A DNA stretch of 64,000 nt from Heptranchias perlo (Eukaryota): assembly GCF_035084215.1 (NCBI RefSeq), contig NC_090344.1, forward strand, positions 43,276,001 through 43,340,000, read 5' to 3'. Positions 33,901 through 45,100 of this stretch are shown here, piece by piece. Each line of letters opens with the position of its first letter. Position 1 is the first letter of the stretch. The position numbers were made by a program, and so were the translations under genes. The notes under the pieces are model-generated. The model saw only the letters and a program-made list of their open reading frames with translations, did no database searches and was not told where the DNA came from.

Positions 33901-36423
33901 GCCACAAGGTCTAATTGTACATCCTCCACATAAGAGGCCAACTCCTCTTAAGCCCTTCCTGAAGTCAATCCGAGAGTGATTCTTCCCTGAAGATTGGCAA
34001 CTAGTTGTGAATTCCTGGCTCCTCCCTCGGATCAGCAAATCCAGCAGGAAATGACTGTCTTTTTCCTTACTTTATTTAAAGATTATTTTGTGTCTGTAAC
34101 ATCTGAAGTACAGCAGAGTCCAAACTAAAGTACATTTAATAGAAAGTAGACCACTACTAGGCTTTCTTTGTTCTTTTATTACTGTATTATCAGAATAATC
34201 TTGATGGCTGCAAACAGGACAGGCCTATCACCAATACTTAACAACCTATAATAAAGACAAATGGAAAGGGAGAAATGAATGATAGCTTGTACCGGTTATA
34301 TATGTATATTTGGTATACATTCCTAATGAGGATCTTTCACTTATTCCTCACTGCAGGCATCCGGTATCCTTTCTATGGGGTCCAGTGGCATCCAGAAGTT
34401 AATCAGTTTCAGTGGCAGCAATATATGGCTTTCCCACACGCTCCAAATGCCATTCGAGTTTCCTATCTCCTGGCCGATTTCTTTGTAAATGAAGGTACTT
34501 GTTTATGGTTGTGATGTTGTGGAAAGGAGGGAGAGAGGGGTGGGAGAGAGAAAGAGAGAGATGTAGAGTCACAATGTTAGAAAAATAGAATTTGCCCTTT
34601 TGTGTACTGACTAATAATTTTGAGATAGATGTCAAATGAATTAATACTTTGATACTGCCCCTCAGTCTGGGCAGAGAACCCTCCCTCCTACTTCGAGTGT
34701 ACCAGATGGGGAGTCCGCCTTGCATCACATTCTGTAATCTTTTCGTTGAGAATTCGTGTAATTAAACCCACTGAGTGGCAGCTAAAATGTTGGATTTTGT
34801 CAATGTCTCCGATAGCTCAGTTGGCTTCGGGAGTGAGTAGGTGTACCATACAGACCAGGAAAGTCCCAGGTTTAATGCTTCATTCACGCTGAGTAAGCTG
34901 ATCTTAATCAGGTTAGTTGCAGATGTTGGATAATTCCTTCCTTATCCTTTTTAATAACAGATTCAAAAAGCTAGAGGCAGTATTATGTCTGACAATTCAT
35001 TTTATTTATTATTGTTTCAAAACATTCATCTTAAGACTTCATATAGAGCAGTACACGCCAGCCCTACATCTAAAACCTACATGTAAAGAATTTAGTGGGA
35101 ATTGTGACCGTTGCTTATCCAAGCCTGTTCACACGACCTCGCCTTGAAGGTAGTTAAAGTTCTCAAGGAGCTTTGCTTCCTATCTGTCTTACAGTTCTTG
35201 CTGGGTTCAACTTTATTAGGTGTTTTATGACCTTTTAGATCATTGAACAGATTGCGGGACAATGATGGGGGGGCTTTATGTCCTGATACATTGTACCTTT
35301 GCTTCCTATCTTTGCTCTTCCTGAATTATATCCTTTGTTGTGCAAGCCTTTGACACCTTCTCTCTTGAAATCTCTATAGTAAAAAGAACCTATTCCCTTA
35401 TTTATCCTGCAGTAATTTCCTTCTTTTACACTTCCCCCTGCTTAAAAAGCCTGTCTTTTAAAAGCCAATGTGTTTTAACCTAACAACCCTTTTAGCTCCA
35501 TATTATATCATTAATGCCAACAACCTTATTTATTTAACAATCTATATATGCCCATCCTTACAGAGTACAATGTTTTCGGCTCTGAAATTCACCATCTCCA
35601 ATGTTATCAGCGTCATTGTAATCAAAAGATAGAATTGGCGAGCACACAGTTAAAACCGATTCTGTCTACATTAGCTATTCTGTCTTTGTTCTGTATCAGA
35701 ATAATGTAAAAACACATCTATGTTCTTACAGTAAGGATGATGCAGTTTGGGGGCAACAATCCTTTGTTAAGGAGGGTAAATCAGCCAGGGTTTTGCTCCT
35801 GATCACTATTTAGTGACCTTGCTGGGAAGTGTGTGGGTGTAGACATTGGATGAAGATAGAATCAGACTCGACTGATGGCCATATGGTCAAATAGCCTTCT
35901 GGCACTCCCTTTCTAGTCTCAGACACGAAGATCAGCCATTTGGTTGAGGTGCTGGAGTGCAATTGTGAAACTATACATCACCCTAGTCACCTCCTCCGAT
36001 TTCCACAGAATTTCCCGAGTAACTTCCTTTCCTCAGCCACTGCCTTCGCTGGTTTAAAAGTAAACCAGAGTTCGTAGAGGGAGACGGTGCCTACTGCATA
36101 TTTCATGTTGATGGATCGCAGGGTGACATGATGACCAGCTGCCAGTCCCTGCATCGGGAGTGGTAATCCTGCTGCCAGCCATTTGCACAAAGTGCCGCGG
36201 CTCCCGTTTTTCGATGTGAACCAGGACCCAGGATGGAAGGCCATTGTTTTGACACACTGCACCCTCGGCCTCCTTGCCACTGATTATTTTTATATGTCTG
36301 TTCGCAGCCCGGAAGAACTTCCATCATTTCCCAAGCTCAGAGGAAGAGGAAGCAGCTCTTATCTATAACTACAGCCCACGCTATGTGCCCACTTCCAGCT
36401 ACATCCAGGTGTATTTTTTCTAA
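21900..36423 (+). CDS. GGH: Gamma-glutamyl hydrolase (GGH-like, peptidase C26), 9 coding exons, 314 aa
   Basis: Exons 21900-21999, 23917-24031, 24522-24572, 26546-26630, 26956-27094, 28271-28377, 28794-28887, 34357-34494, 36308-36423. All introns are GT-AG with consistent phases; total 945 nt. Motifs: signal peptide, [30 protein letters not shown], catalytic WGTCLG, GVQWHPE, FFVNEARKN, LIYNY. Orthologue versus paralogue status is not determined. Confidence 0.93.
22630..23760. mobile_element. Cluster of decayed L2 (+, ~22630-23010), CR1 (+, ~23020-23460) and CR1 (-, ~23470-23760) fragments
   Basis: L2-type GTALAWF and DTQLY remnants; CR1 DFQ and FADDTK remnants. Confidence 0.65.
23917..24031 (+). 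CDS. GGH: GGH-like exon 2
   Basis: cacag|GG; ILAQETH...[20 protein letters not shown]; AG|gtact. Confidence 0.93.
24522..24572 (+). CDS. GGH: GGH-like exon 3
   Basis: cacag|G; [16 protein letters not shown]; GG|gtaagt. Confidence 0.9.
25872..26328 (-). mobile_element. DeuSINE copy
   Basis: Reverse complement of the 51702-52145 family. Confidence 0.8.
26546..26630 (+). CDS. GGH: GGH-like exon 4
   Basis: cccag|C; [11 protein letters not shown]...FASK; AAG|gtaggt. Confidence 0.92.
26956..27094 (+). CDS. GGH: GGH-like exon 5 (catalytic Cys)
   Basis: tgcag|GCG; [15 protein letters not shown]; G|gtaaga. Confidence 0.94.
28271..28377 (+). CDS. GGH: GGH-like exon 6
   Basis: cccag|CT; SKLFQKFP...[11 protein letters not shown]; CAG|gtaaga. 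Confidence 0.92.
28794..28887 (+). CDS. GGH: GGH-like exon 7
   Basis: tacag|GCT; [11 protein letters not shown]...EFVSTME; G|gtaagt. Confidence 0.92.
29300..31880 (-). mobile_element. CR1 LINE with APE endonuclease and RT remnants (GGH intron 7)
   Basis: [41 protein letters not shown]; frameshifted. The same 3' tail occurs as a short copy at 3190-3340. Confidence 0.93.
34357..34494 (+). CDS. GGH: GGH-like exon 8 (catalytic His)
   Basis: tgcag|GC; [11 protein letters not shown]...FFVNE; G|gtact. Confidence 0.94.
34919..35730 (-). repeat. Unclassified ~800-bp interspersed repeat, copy 1 (possible solo LTR)
   Basis: Colinear with 58764-59553. The minus strand starts TGTAAG and has AATAAA near its far end, before ...CCAACA. 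Confidence 0.75.
36308..36423 (+). CDS. GGH: GGH-like exon 9 (terminal coding exon)
   Basis: cgcag|CC; [23 protein letters not shown]...QVYFF*; TAA at 36421-36423. Confidence 0.92.
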
Positions 36424-37779
36424 AGAACTGCAGAGGGGGAATTATTTGTTGCAGTAATTTTGTAAGAGATCACAAAGTAAATTCTAGCAGCAAATACAGC
36501 ATTTTCATCTCCCAGCCTCACTGATCTGCTTGGAGTGAAGGAAGGAATGTGACCATCAGCCAGGACTGGAGTCCAAGTTTGAACTTAAGACTTCTGGGTT
36601 ACACTTTCCTAGTTCTGGGAAAGAAAGGGAGTTTCAGAATCAAATAAGCAACCAATTTGTCAACTAATTAATATTACTTGCATAATTTGAAGATTTACCA
36701 TACTCTGGGTTAGGGACTCTGCTATTTCCCCAATTTATTGTTACATTATAACTATCATTTCTACAACATCTGACAAAATTGCTTCAATAAATATTCCTTC
36801 CACAAGTTGGGATCCTCTGACTTTTAATGCACTGGTTTTGAAACCCCAGAAATCTTGCATGCAATCACAGGAAATAGTTCAATGTGATATTGGTTAGTAT
36901 TTGGTAACATGCTGACATGATGAAGGACTGTAAGCAAACTGAAGCAGAAAAGTTTTCCTTTGCATGTAGATTCCAAAATTCCAATTCTACCAAACCAACA
37001 CAGACACAGAGAGCAAAAACAACCAGAGTCAGGTGGAGAGAGGGGAGAACACAATGAAAAGAAATACCAGAGACCGACAATCAAACCTGAGGGAAAACAC
37101 ATAACAGAGTAAAGAGAGGCAGGAAGGAAGGCCTGGTCAAATTTTGTCTCCCATAGGTAGTGCTGCTTTGAGTCTGCCCATGACTGTGAAGTGCTGGCTT
37201 CTGATAGTCCCAACTGAATGAGGAAGTGTCGTAGCTGGGAAGAGAATGGGAAACTTTCAACACTCAGTAAGTATAAATATTAAGATATTTTCATCCAAGG
37301 TTATAGTTTTGCAGGCCCATAGTTTTTTCCCCAAGTATTGGTATGTTCTAACTTGTGAGGACATGGAAATCTGTACTGCTTAACAACTGCGTGACTTTCA
37401 GGCGCCCGTATAAAGTGTCATCAGCGGGCAAGCTCTCAACGGAGAGCTGAGTTGGATAGCAGTGTGAGGGTCCTCTTGAGTGAGCAACTTCTGCAACTCG
37501 TTAAAGATGAGAGATCTGATCGTGGACACTAATGAATGGGTACCTCAGTGCAGATTCTGGTAGAAAATGCAGTGTTTTCACCTCCCAGTCACATTGATCT
37601 GTTTGGAACAAAGGCGGCAGTGTGACCATCAGCCAGGACCAGAGCCAGGGATTGAACTTGAGACCTCTCGGTTGGACTTTCCTGGCACTGGGAAAGCAAG
37701 GGAGTTTTAGCATCTGACAAGCAACTCATTCGTCAACTAATTCATGTTCTGTTTTTGTTGGTGCAGATAAGATTAAATG

Positions 37780-38430
37780 CAAGCGATTTAGGACAGAAAG
37801 CAGGAGAAACATTTTACACCAAGGGTTGTTGGGCTGAGAAATGCACTACCAGAGTTAGTGATTGAAGCAGAAACCGTGTCAACATTTAAGAATATTGAAA
37901 CATACAAGATTCTGAGGGGGCTTGACAGGGTAGATGCTGGGAGGTTGTTTCCCCGGCTGGAGAGTCTAGAACTAAGGGGCGTAGACTCGAGAAGGGGTTG
38001 GCCATTTAAGACAATGGGGAGGAATTTCTTCACTCAGAGGGTTGTGAATCTTTGGAATTCTCTACGCCAGAGGGCTGTGGATGCTCAGTCGTTGAATATG
38101 TTCAAGGCTGAGATAGATAGATTTTTGGACTCTGGGGGAATCAAGGGTTATGGGGATCGGGCGGGAAAATGGAGTTGAGGTCGAAGATCAGCCATGATCT
38201 TAATGAATGGCGGAGCAGTTCGAGGGGTCGTGTGGCCTACTCCTCCTCCTCCTATTTCTTATGTTCTTTTGTAGAATAGGTTAAATAGGTGGGTGAAGGA
38301 AAGGGGAATAAAGGGATAAGGAAAGAAAGTCGGCACATTGATTTGGACTACTGCTGGTGTATAGGATAAACATCAACACGGACTGGTTGGGCTGATCAGC
38401 CTGTTTCTGTTTTGTAATTTCCATGTAATT
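37780..38430 (+). mobile_element. Nested CR1 3' fragments
   Basis: IETYKILRGLDRVDA...RVVNLWNSL inserted into an older CR1 tail; agaata repeated at both junctions. Confidence 0.82.
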
Positions 38431-41400
38431 CCATAATTTGTTGCCATTGTCCAGCATTGGACCTTGAAAGGTTTGATTTGAAATCTGGATTGGGATGGGG
38501 ATGGAAGCTTGTGTTCGCAATGTGTTTAACGCATAGTACTTAAGTGCATCTTTCTGGATGTGGTGTTGGCCAACATCTGTGTCTTGTCTCAGAGATCATT
38601 CCATCATGGCATTTCATCAATAAAGATTAATATCCCCAGGATTGATTAGTTGGTGTGCAGCGAGGTAACTGGTTAAACCTCTAATTGGCAGACCCACCAT
38701 TTTATGTGGTATGGCATGTACCCTTGATGGGATCAGAAGCATGATGACAATGTACTCAGATCTCCCTGCTGCTCAGGAACCCCTGGTACATGCTGTGTAC
38801 CGGACAAGGACTCACACCCACTTATGACTGCCTTCTTGGAGGCAGGGTTGGAGTAAGCGGGATCTCTTTGGACTCGGGTTGGCTCCGAGATGACACACTC
38901 GATGATGGGAGATTGGAAATGAGCGTACTGTTTTCCTCTGACCAACTCGGTACTGCAATATCTGAGTCAGGTAGGTCCACAGGACTTGGGCACATTGTTG
39001 TTAGTTGACCAGCTGGCAGGGCATATTGGTTGGACCCGGGGAAGGGTAGACCTGTTACTGGGGGCGAGGATTCTTCCCATTTGATTCCAGATAACTCTAC
39101 TAGCCAATGGTCTTGGCTGGACATTCAGCTGGGAGCTTACCAGTGCTTGGTGTGGTATGTTGCATGGTTTTAGTTGGTTAGATTCCGGCAATTCCAACGG
39201 GCACACTTTAGGATCCCTAACCGTTGGCTCGAGCCCCATCCAAGAATAAATTGTCTGGGATTAAGCATGTGAGGTGTCTCCCGACAGGAAGAGAGTGAGC
39301 ACTCTATTATCAGGCAAATGGAAACTCCAATTACATGGATTTCTCAGCAGTTGGATATGGAGACTGAAACATGGTCATAGGTTTCCATCCTTATCACCTG
39401 GCAGACCTAAAGAAAAACTCTCAGTATTACCTTCGCTGGTAGCACAGGACTACAAAAGGACAGCAGCACGGTTGCACTCAGGAATCCTGTAATTGCTTAT
39501 CTCTAATCAAAGTACTCAAGGCAAAAGTTAACTGATATTCTTCAAAGTAAATTGCTAATTTTTTTCTTCCTCTCTCAAAGGCACTGGTTGTTGTTTTGGG
39601 TGCATCTTTGGTACCTCACCCAAGTTCGTGATCTTGGCCAATGATGCTATTTGACCATGGAAGGCATCCCAGCAGATCCTGATCCTATCTGATCCTATTC
39701 TCAGCCAATTGTCTGTAGCAGGGGCCATTAGTTAACGATCAGAAGCAGGAACCCTGGAAGGTTTTCCCCTCCTTAACCCAAGGTCCCCGAGACCAATTGT
39801 AGTGCCACCCTGGCTGGAATCAGTTAACTGGGCACAGACCGGGGATGGAAGCTGGGACCGTCTAGTCTGTATGGGCCAGTAACATAATCTTCAACTATCT
39901 GGGGAGCTCCATAACCATGTTTTAATCGGGACTGTTAGGAGAAATATGAATAGATGTTTCATCACATCGTGACAAGTTGCAGCATTGCCTCTGATGAAAG
40001 TAGAATTATGGAGCTATTACAGCTGTTGTACACATATACTGTCCATGCTACACAAATGTGTGGCACTCGTGAATACATACAGAACACAACGCGTACCTAT
40101 AGAAATATAAATATACAGAGTAAATGTCCTACACAGACCTCGCATGTCCTTACTGCCTTGAGCTGTCATGATGCCATAAACATTTGGCAAGCATTTGGCT
40201 GCCTCTGGACACACAGATGTTACAAGATAGATATGGATGAGAAAGGCTGTTCTGTTCACTCCAGCTCATCTATCTAGAAAGTACCTGCAGCCCTTTGTCA
40301 CAGCATACAACCCACTTCTTTGCTTGCAGTCCTTGACCTGCATGTCTGTTCCACATGTGGAACATTCCATCACTCTTTGTGTGAAGAAAACTGATATGAA
40401 GGGTGGCCCTCACAACACAGGGTGTTTTACCATATAACTGCTGACTATAGTACTGTGTATACGAACAGGAAATGATTGCAGTATAGAGCACTGTGTATAC
40501 TGAGGTTATAACAGTGTATACTTATTGGATATAGCACTGTGTATAGTGACAGGATACAACACTGTATACTGACAGAATATAAAGCAAGTCTATTCAAGAG
40601 AGCTAAAAGAGTAACCATTCCCTGAAATTCTATTCCAGGCCTGCACTGCCTGAGGAGTTCAACTGGTTTATGAAGCCATTCAAAACCCAGGATTTTCTTT
40701 ATTCTTGGAGCAGACTCTCGGATGCTGTTTTATTTAATCGGGCCGGTTGCCTGATTGCACGCCCCTGACATTGAGCCTCACCTGCCAAGGGTGCCTATCG
40801 GGAAATCACAGACTTTCCCAATTTTCTGGCCAGAATGGATAGAAAACCATAGGAAGCAATTTCCAGCTATATGCACCCAGTGGGTGCTGCTCCCTGTTTG
40901 GAATGTGCATTCAGAAAACCGGGCCTGATATGTCAAAAAAAGAACATGGAGATACACAACCATTATCTCACTCTCTCCTCTGCCTATTCCTGCAGCTCTC
41001 TGTCTTTTACCAATCTTCCCATTCACAGCCTCGCCATCTCGGCTTTAGCTTTTCACGTCTTTCCCAGCTGGGACTCTTTCCAACACTGTGGATGAGTATC
41101 AATCTTCATCTGCATGGCCCTCGGGGCCCTGACCTTCACAGCCTCCTTGTAACACACTCCATGACTGCACACACACAACCCCTCATTAGTTTCGTCTTAG
41201 TTCCTGTCCTGTGGAATTACAGTCCATTTGATTGAGATAGTCCCAAGGTTGAAACAGAATGTTTTGGTGGACTGTCTGTTCTGGAAACATCTAGGTGCCT
41301 TTTTCCCTTTACTGACTGTGTTCAGGGATACACATCTGGACAAATAAATCCTGAAATGATGTCACAAGGACTGGGAAGTGGTAGTGTGCTCCAGGATTAC

Positions 41401-41689
41401 AACTTTCTGTCTGTGTGTGTGTGTGTATGTATATATGTAGAGATGCATACCTATGGATGAGTTACAGGCAGCACTGCAACCAACAGAGTGGGGCTAAGTT
41501 TCTACTTGTCCTGTGTATCGTTGCAATAAACTGGCCAAAAGGAGCACACCCACACAGGGGCTTTCTCTCACACTGTGGCGGTGTAAATCTGTATTCATCT
41601 GGCCATTCTGCTCGTGTGCTGCTCCCTCTTGACCTGTTTCCAAGTGCGTTGACTATTCGAAACCCCCTCTCCAGGCGTTGTTTTCTGTC

Positions 41690-42091
41690 TCTGACTGTCA
41701 GCCGGGGGCGTGAGGCGAGCACAAGCAGCTTCACTGGGTCATTCTCTGCGGCGCGCACACACACGCACACTCAGCCTCGACTGAAAAGGAAGAGGCAGAA
41801 TATTGACTCCTTGAACATTTATTTAAAGCAGCATTCGGGGGGTCTGGCACAGACAACGGTGTGTGGGTGGGTGGGTGGAATTGTTCAGGAGCTGCCTCCA
41901 ATCAACGGGCCTTCGACTGTGTTCAGCAGCGGAACTCCCTGGGGTTTAACCCCCTGTCAGTTTCCACGGTACAACGCAGAGAATTGACGCTGTTCCAAGG
42001 GAGGGGGCACAGAGACAGACAGCAACCGCCGCCAGCGCTTCAGTATTTCCCATCTCCAATTCTGTCTTGAGACCAGTGCCCGGGATTATTG
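41690..42091 (+). promoter_or_regulatory. RNF122 promoter and 5'UTR region
   Basis: GGGGCGTG (Sp/KLF-type site) near 41704, TATA-like TATTTAAA near 41820, raised CpG content upstream of ATG 42092. Confidence 0.5.
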
Positions 42092-42116
42092 ATGCACCCT
42101 TTCCAGTGGTGTAACG
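42092..42116 (+). CDS. RNF122: RNF122 exon 1 coding part (MHPFQWCN)
   Basis: ATG at 42092; donor G|gtaagg. Confidence 0.9.
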
Positions 42117-45100
42117 GTAAGGAGCCTCTTTTTTTTAATTTTTCTCTCTCCAGTTGTCTCTGCTCTTAGGGTTTTTTTTTGCTGGCTTAAATTAGGGGTG
42201 TTGTAGGTTTTGTTTTGTGATCCGATGGTGAGCCTGAGCTCCTGAGAACAATGAGAAGGACGATTCCCCCCCGCCACCCCCCCGCCGCACGGCAGCGGTC
42301 TGCCATCGCCAGGCTTTTGTCTCCGGTCGCACCGCAGGCAAGAGCCCCCTGCCCTGTGAAGGAGTCAGAGCCACTGAGCAACCGCGTAATGGGGTTCGGA
42401 GTAAGAGGAATGCATAGTACCCGAGTTCGGGACAGGAAGGTTATTGGGGGTTCGGAGTATGGAATAGACAAATCTGGGCTTCATGATAAGAGGAAGGAAA
42501 AGTGCTGGGCTTCAGAGTAAAAATAATGCAGAGTAGCAGGGTTCAACGTATGAGGAATAGAGTAGTGGGTTCAGTGTATGAGGAATGCAGAGTCGTGGGG
42601 TTCAGGGTGAGTGGAATGCAGAGTAGTGGGGTTCAGGGTGAGTGGAATGCAGAGTAGTGGGGTTCAGGGTGAGAGGAATGCAGAGTCATGGGGTTCAAGG
42701 TATGAGGAATGCAGAGCCGTGGGGTTCAGTGTATGAGGAATGCAGAGTCGTGGGGTTCAGGGTGAGAGGAATGCAGAGTAGTGGGGTTCAGGGTGAGAGG
42801 AATGCAGAGTTATGGGGTTCAAGGTATGAGGAATGCAGAGCAGAGTCGTTGGGTTCAAGGTATGAGGAATGCAGAGCCGTGGGGTTCAGTGTATGAGGAA
42901 TGCAGAGTCGTGGGGTTCAGGGTGAGAGGAATGCAGAGTCGTGGGGTTCAGGGTGAGAGGAATGCAGAGTAGTGGGGTTCAGGGTGAGAGGAATGCAGAG
43001 TCATGGGGTTCAAGGTATGAGGAATGCAGAGCAGAGTCGTTGGGTTCAAGGTATGAGGAATGCAGAGTCGTGGGGTTCAGTGTATGAGGAATGCAGAGTC
43101 GTGGGGTTCAGGGTGAGAGGAATGCAGAGTCGTGGGGTTCAGGGTGAGAGGAATGCAGAGTCGTGGGGTTCAGGGTGAGAGGAATACAGAGCCGTGGGGT
43201 TCAGGGTGAGAGGAATGCAGAGTCGTGGGGTTCAGGGTGAGAGGAATGCAGAGCCGTGGGGTTCAGGGTGAGTGGAATGCAGAGCCGTGGGGTTCAGGGT
43301 GAGTGGAATGCAGAGCCGTGGGGTTCAGGGTGAGTGGAATGCAGAGCCGTGGGGTTCAGGGTGAGAGGAATGCAGAGCCGTGGGGTTCAGGGTGCGAGGA
43401 ATGCAGAGTCATGGGGTTCAGGGTGAGAGGAATGCAGAGTCGTGGGGTTCAGGGTGAGAGGAATGCAGAGCTGTGGGGTTCAGGGTGAGAGGAATGCAGA
43501 GCTGTGGGGTTCAGGGTGAGAGGAATGCAGTGTCGTGGGGTTCAGGGTGAGGAATGCAGAGCAGTGGGGTTCAGGGTGAGAGGAATGCAGAGCCGTGGGG
43601 TTCAGGGTGAGAGGAATGCAGAGTCATGGGGTTCAAGGTATGAGGAATGCAGAGCAGAGTCGTTGGGTTCAAGGTATGAGGAATGCAGAGTCGTTGGGTT
43701 CAAGGTATGAGGAATGCAGAGTCGTGGGGTTCAGGGTGAGAGGAATGCAGAGCAGTGGGGTTCAGGGTGAGAGGAATGCAGAGTCATGGGGTTCAGGGTG
43801 AGAGGAATGCAGAGCCGTGGGGTTCAAGGTGAGAGGAATGCAGAGCTGTGGGGTTCAGGGTGAGAGGAATTCAGAGTCATGGGGTTCAGGGTGAGAGGAA
43901 TGCAGAGCTGTGGGGTTCAAGGTGAGAGGAATGCAGAGCCGTGGGGTTCAAGGTGAGAGGAATGCAGAGCTGTGGGGTTCAAGGTGAGAGGAATGCAGAG
44001 CCGTGGGGTTCAAGGTGAGAGGAATGCAGAGCCGTGGGGTTCAGGGTGAGAGGAATGCAGAGCCGTGGGGTTCAGGGTGAGAGGAATGCAGAGCCGTGGG
44101 GTTCAGGGTGAGAGGAATGCAGAGTCCTGGGGTTCAGGGTGGGAGGAATGCAGAGCCGTGGGGTTCAGGGTGAGAGGAATGCAGAGCCGTGGGGTTCAGG
44201 GTGAGAGGAATGCAGAGTCGTGGGGTTCAAGGTGAGAGGAATGCAGAGCCGTGGGGTTCAAGGTGAGAGGAATGCAGAGCCGTGGGGTTCAAGGTGAGAG
44301 GAATGCAGAGCCGTGGGGTTCAGGGTGAGAGGAATGCAGAGCCGTGGGGTTCAGGGTGAGAGGAATGCAGAGCCGTGGGGTTCAGGGTGAGAGGAATGCA
44401 GAGCCGTGGGGTTCAGGGTGAGAGGAATGCAGAGCCGTGGGGTTCAGGGTGAGAGGAATGCAGAGCCGTGGGGTTCAGGGTGAGAGGAATGCAGAGCCGT
44501 GGGGTTCAGGGTGAGAGGAATGCAGAGTCGTGGGGTTCAGGGTGAGAGGAATGCAGAGTCGTGGGGTTCAGGGTGAGAGGAATGCAGAGCCGTGGGGTTC
44601 AGGGTGAGAGGATTGAGGAGTCGTGGGGTTCAAGGTATGGGGAATGCAGAGTCGTGGGGTTCACGGTGAGAGGAATGCAGAGCCGTGGGGTTCAGGGTGA
44701 GAGGAATGCAGAGCCGTGGGGTTCAGGGTGAGAGGAATGCAGAGCCGTGGGGTTCAGGGTGAGAGGAATGCAGAGTCGTGGGGTTCAAGGTGAGAGGAAT
44801 GCAGAGTCGTGGGGTTCAGGGTGAGAGGAATGCAGAGTCGTGGGGTTCAAGGTATGAGGAATGCAGAGTCGTGGGGTTCAAGGTGAGAGGAATGCAGAGC
44901 CGTGGGGTTCAAGGTGAGAGGAATGCAGAGTCGTGGGGTTCAGGGTGAGAGGAATGCAGAGTCGTGGGGTTCAAGGTATGAGGAATGCAGAGTCGTGGGG
45001 TTCAGGGTGAGAGGAATGCAGAGCCGTGGGGTTCAGGGTGAGAGGAATGCAGAGCCGTGGGGTTCAGGGTGAGAGGAATGCAGAGCCGTGGGGTTCAAGG

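Noticed and set aside
41415-41987. 190-aa ORF upstream of RNF122
   Set aside because: It starts in a TG microsatellite, spans the GC-rich promoter and shows no recognisable homology.
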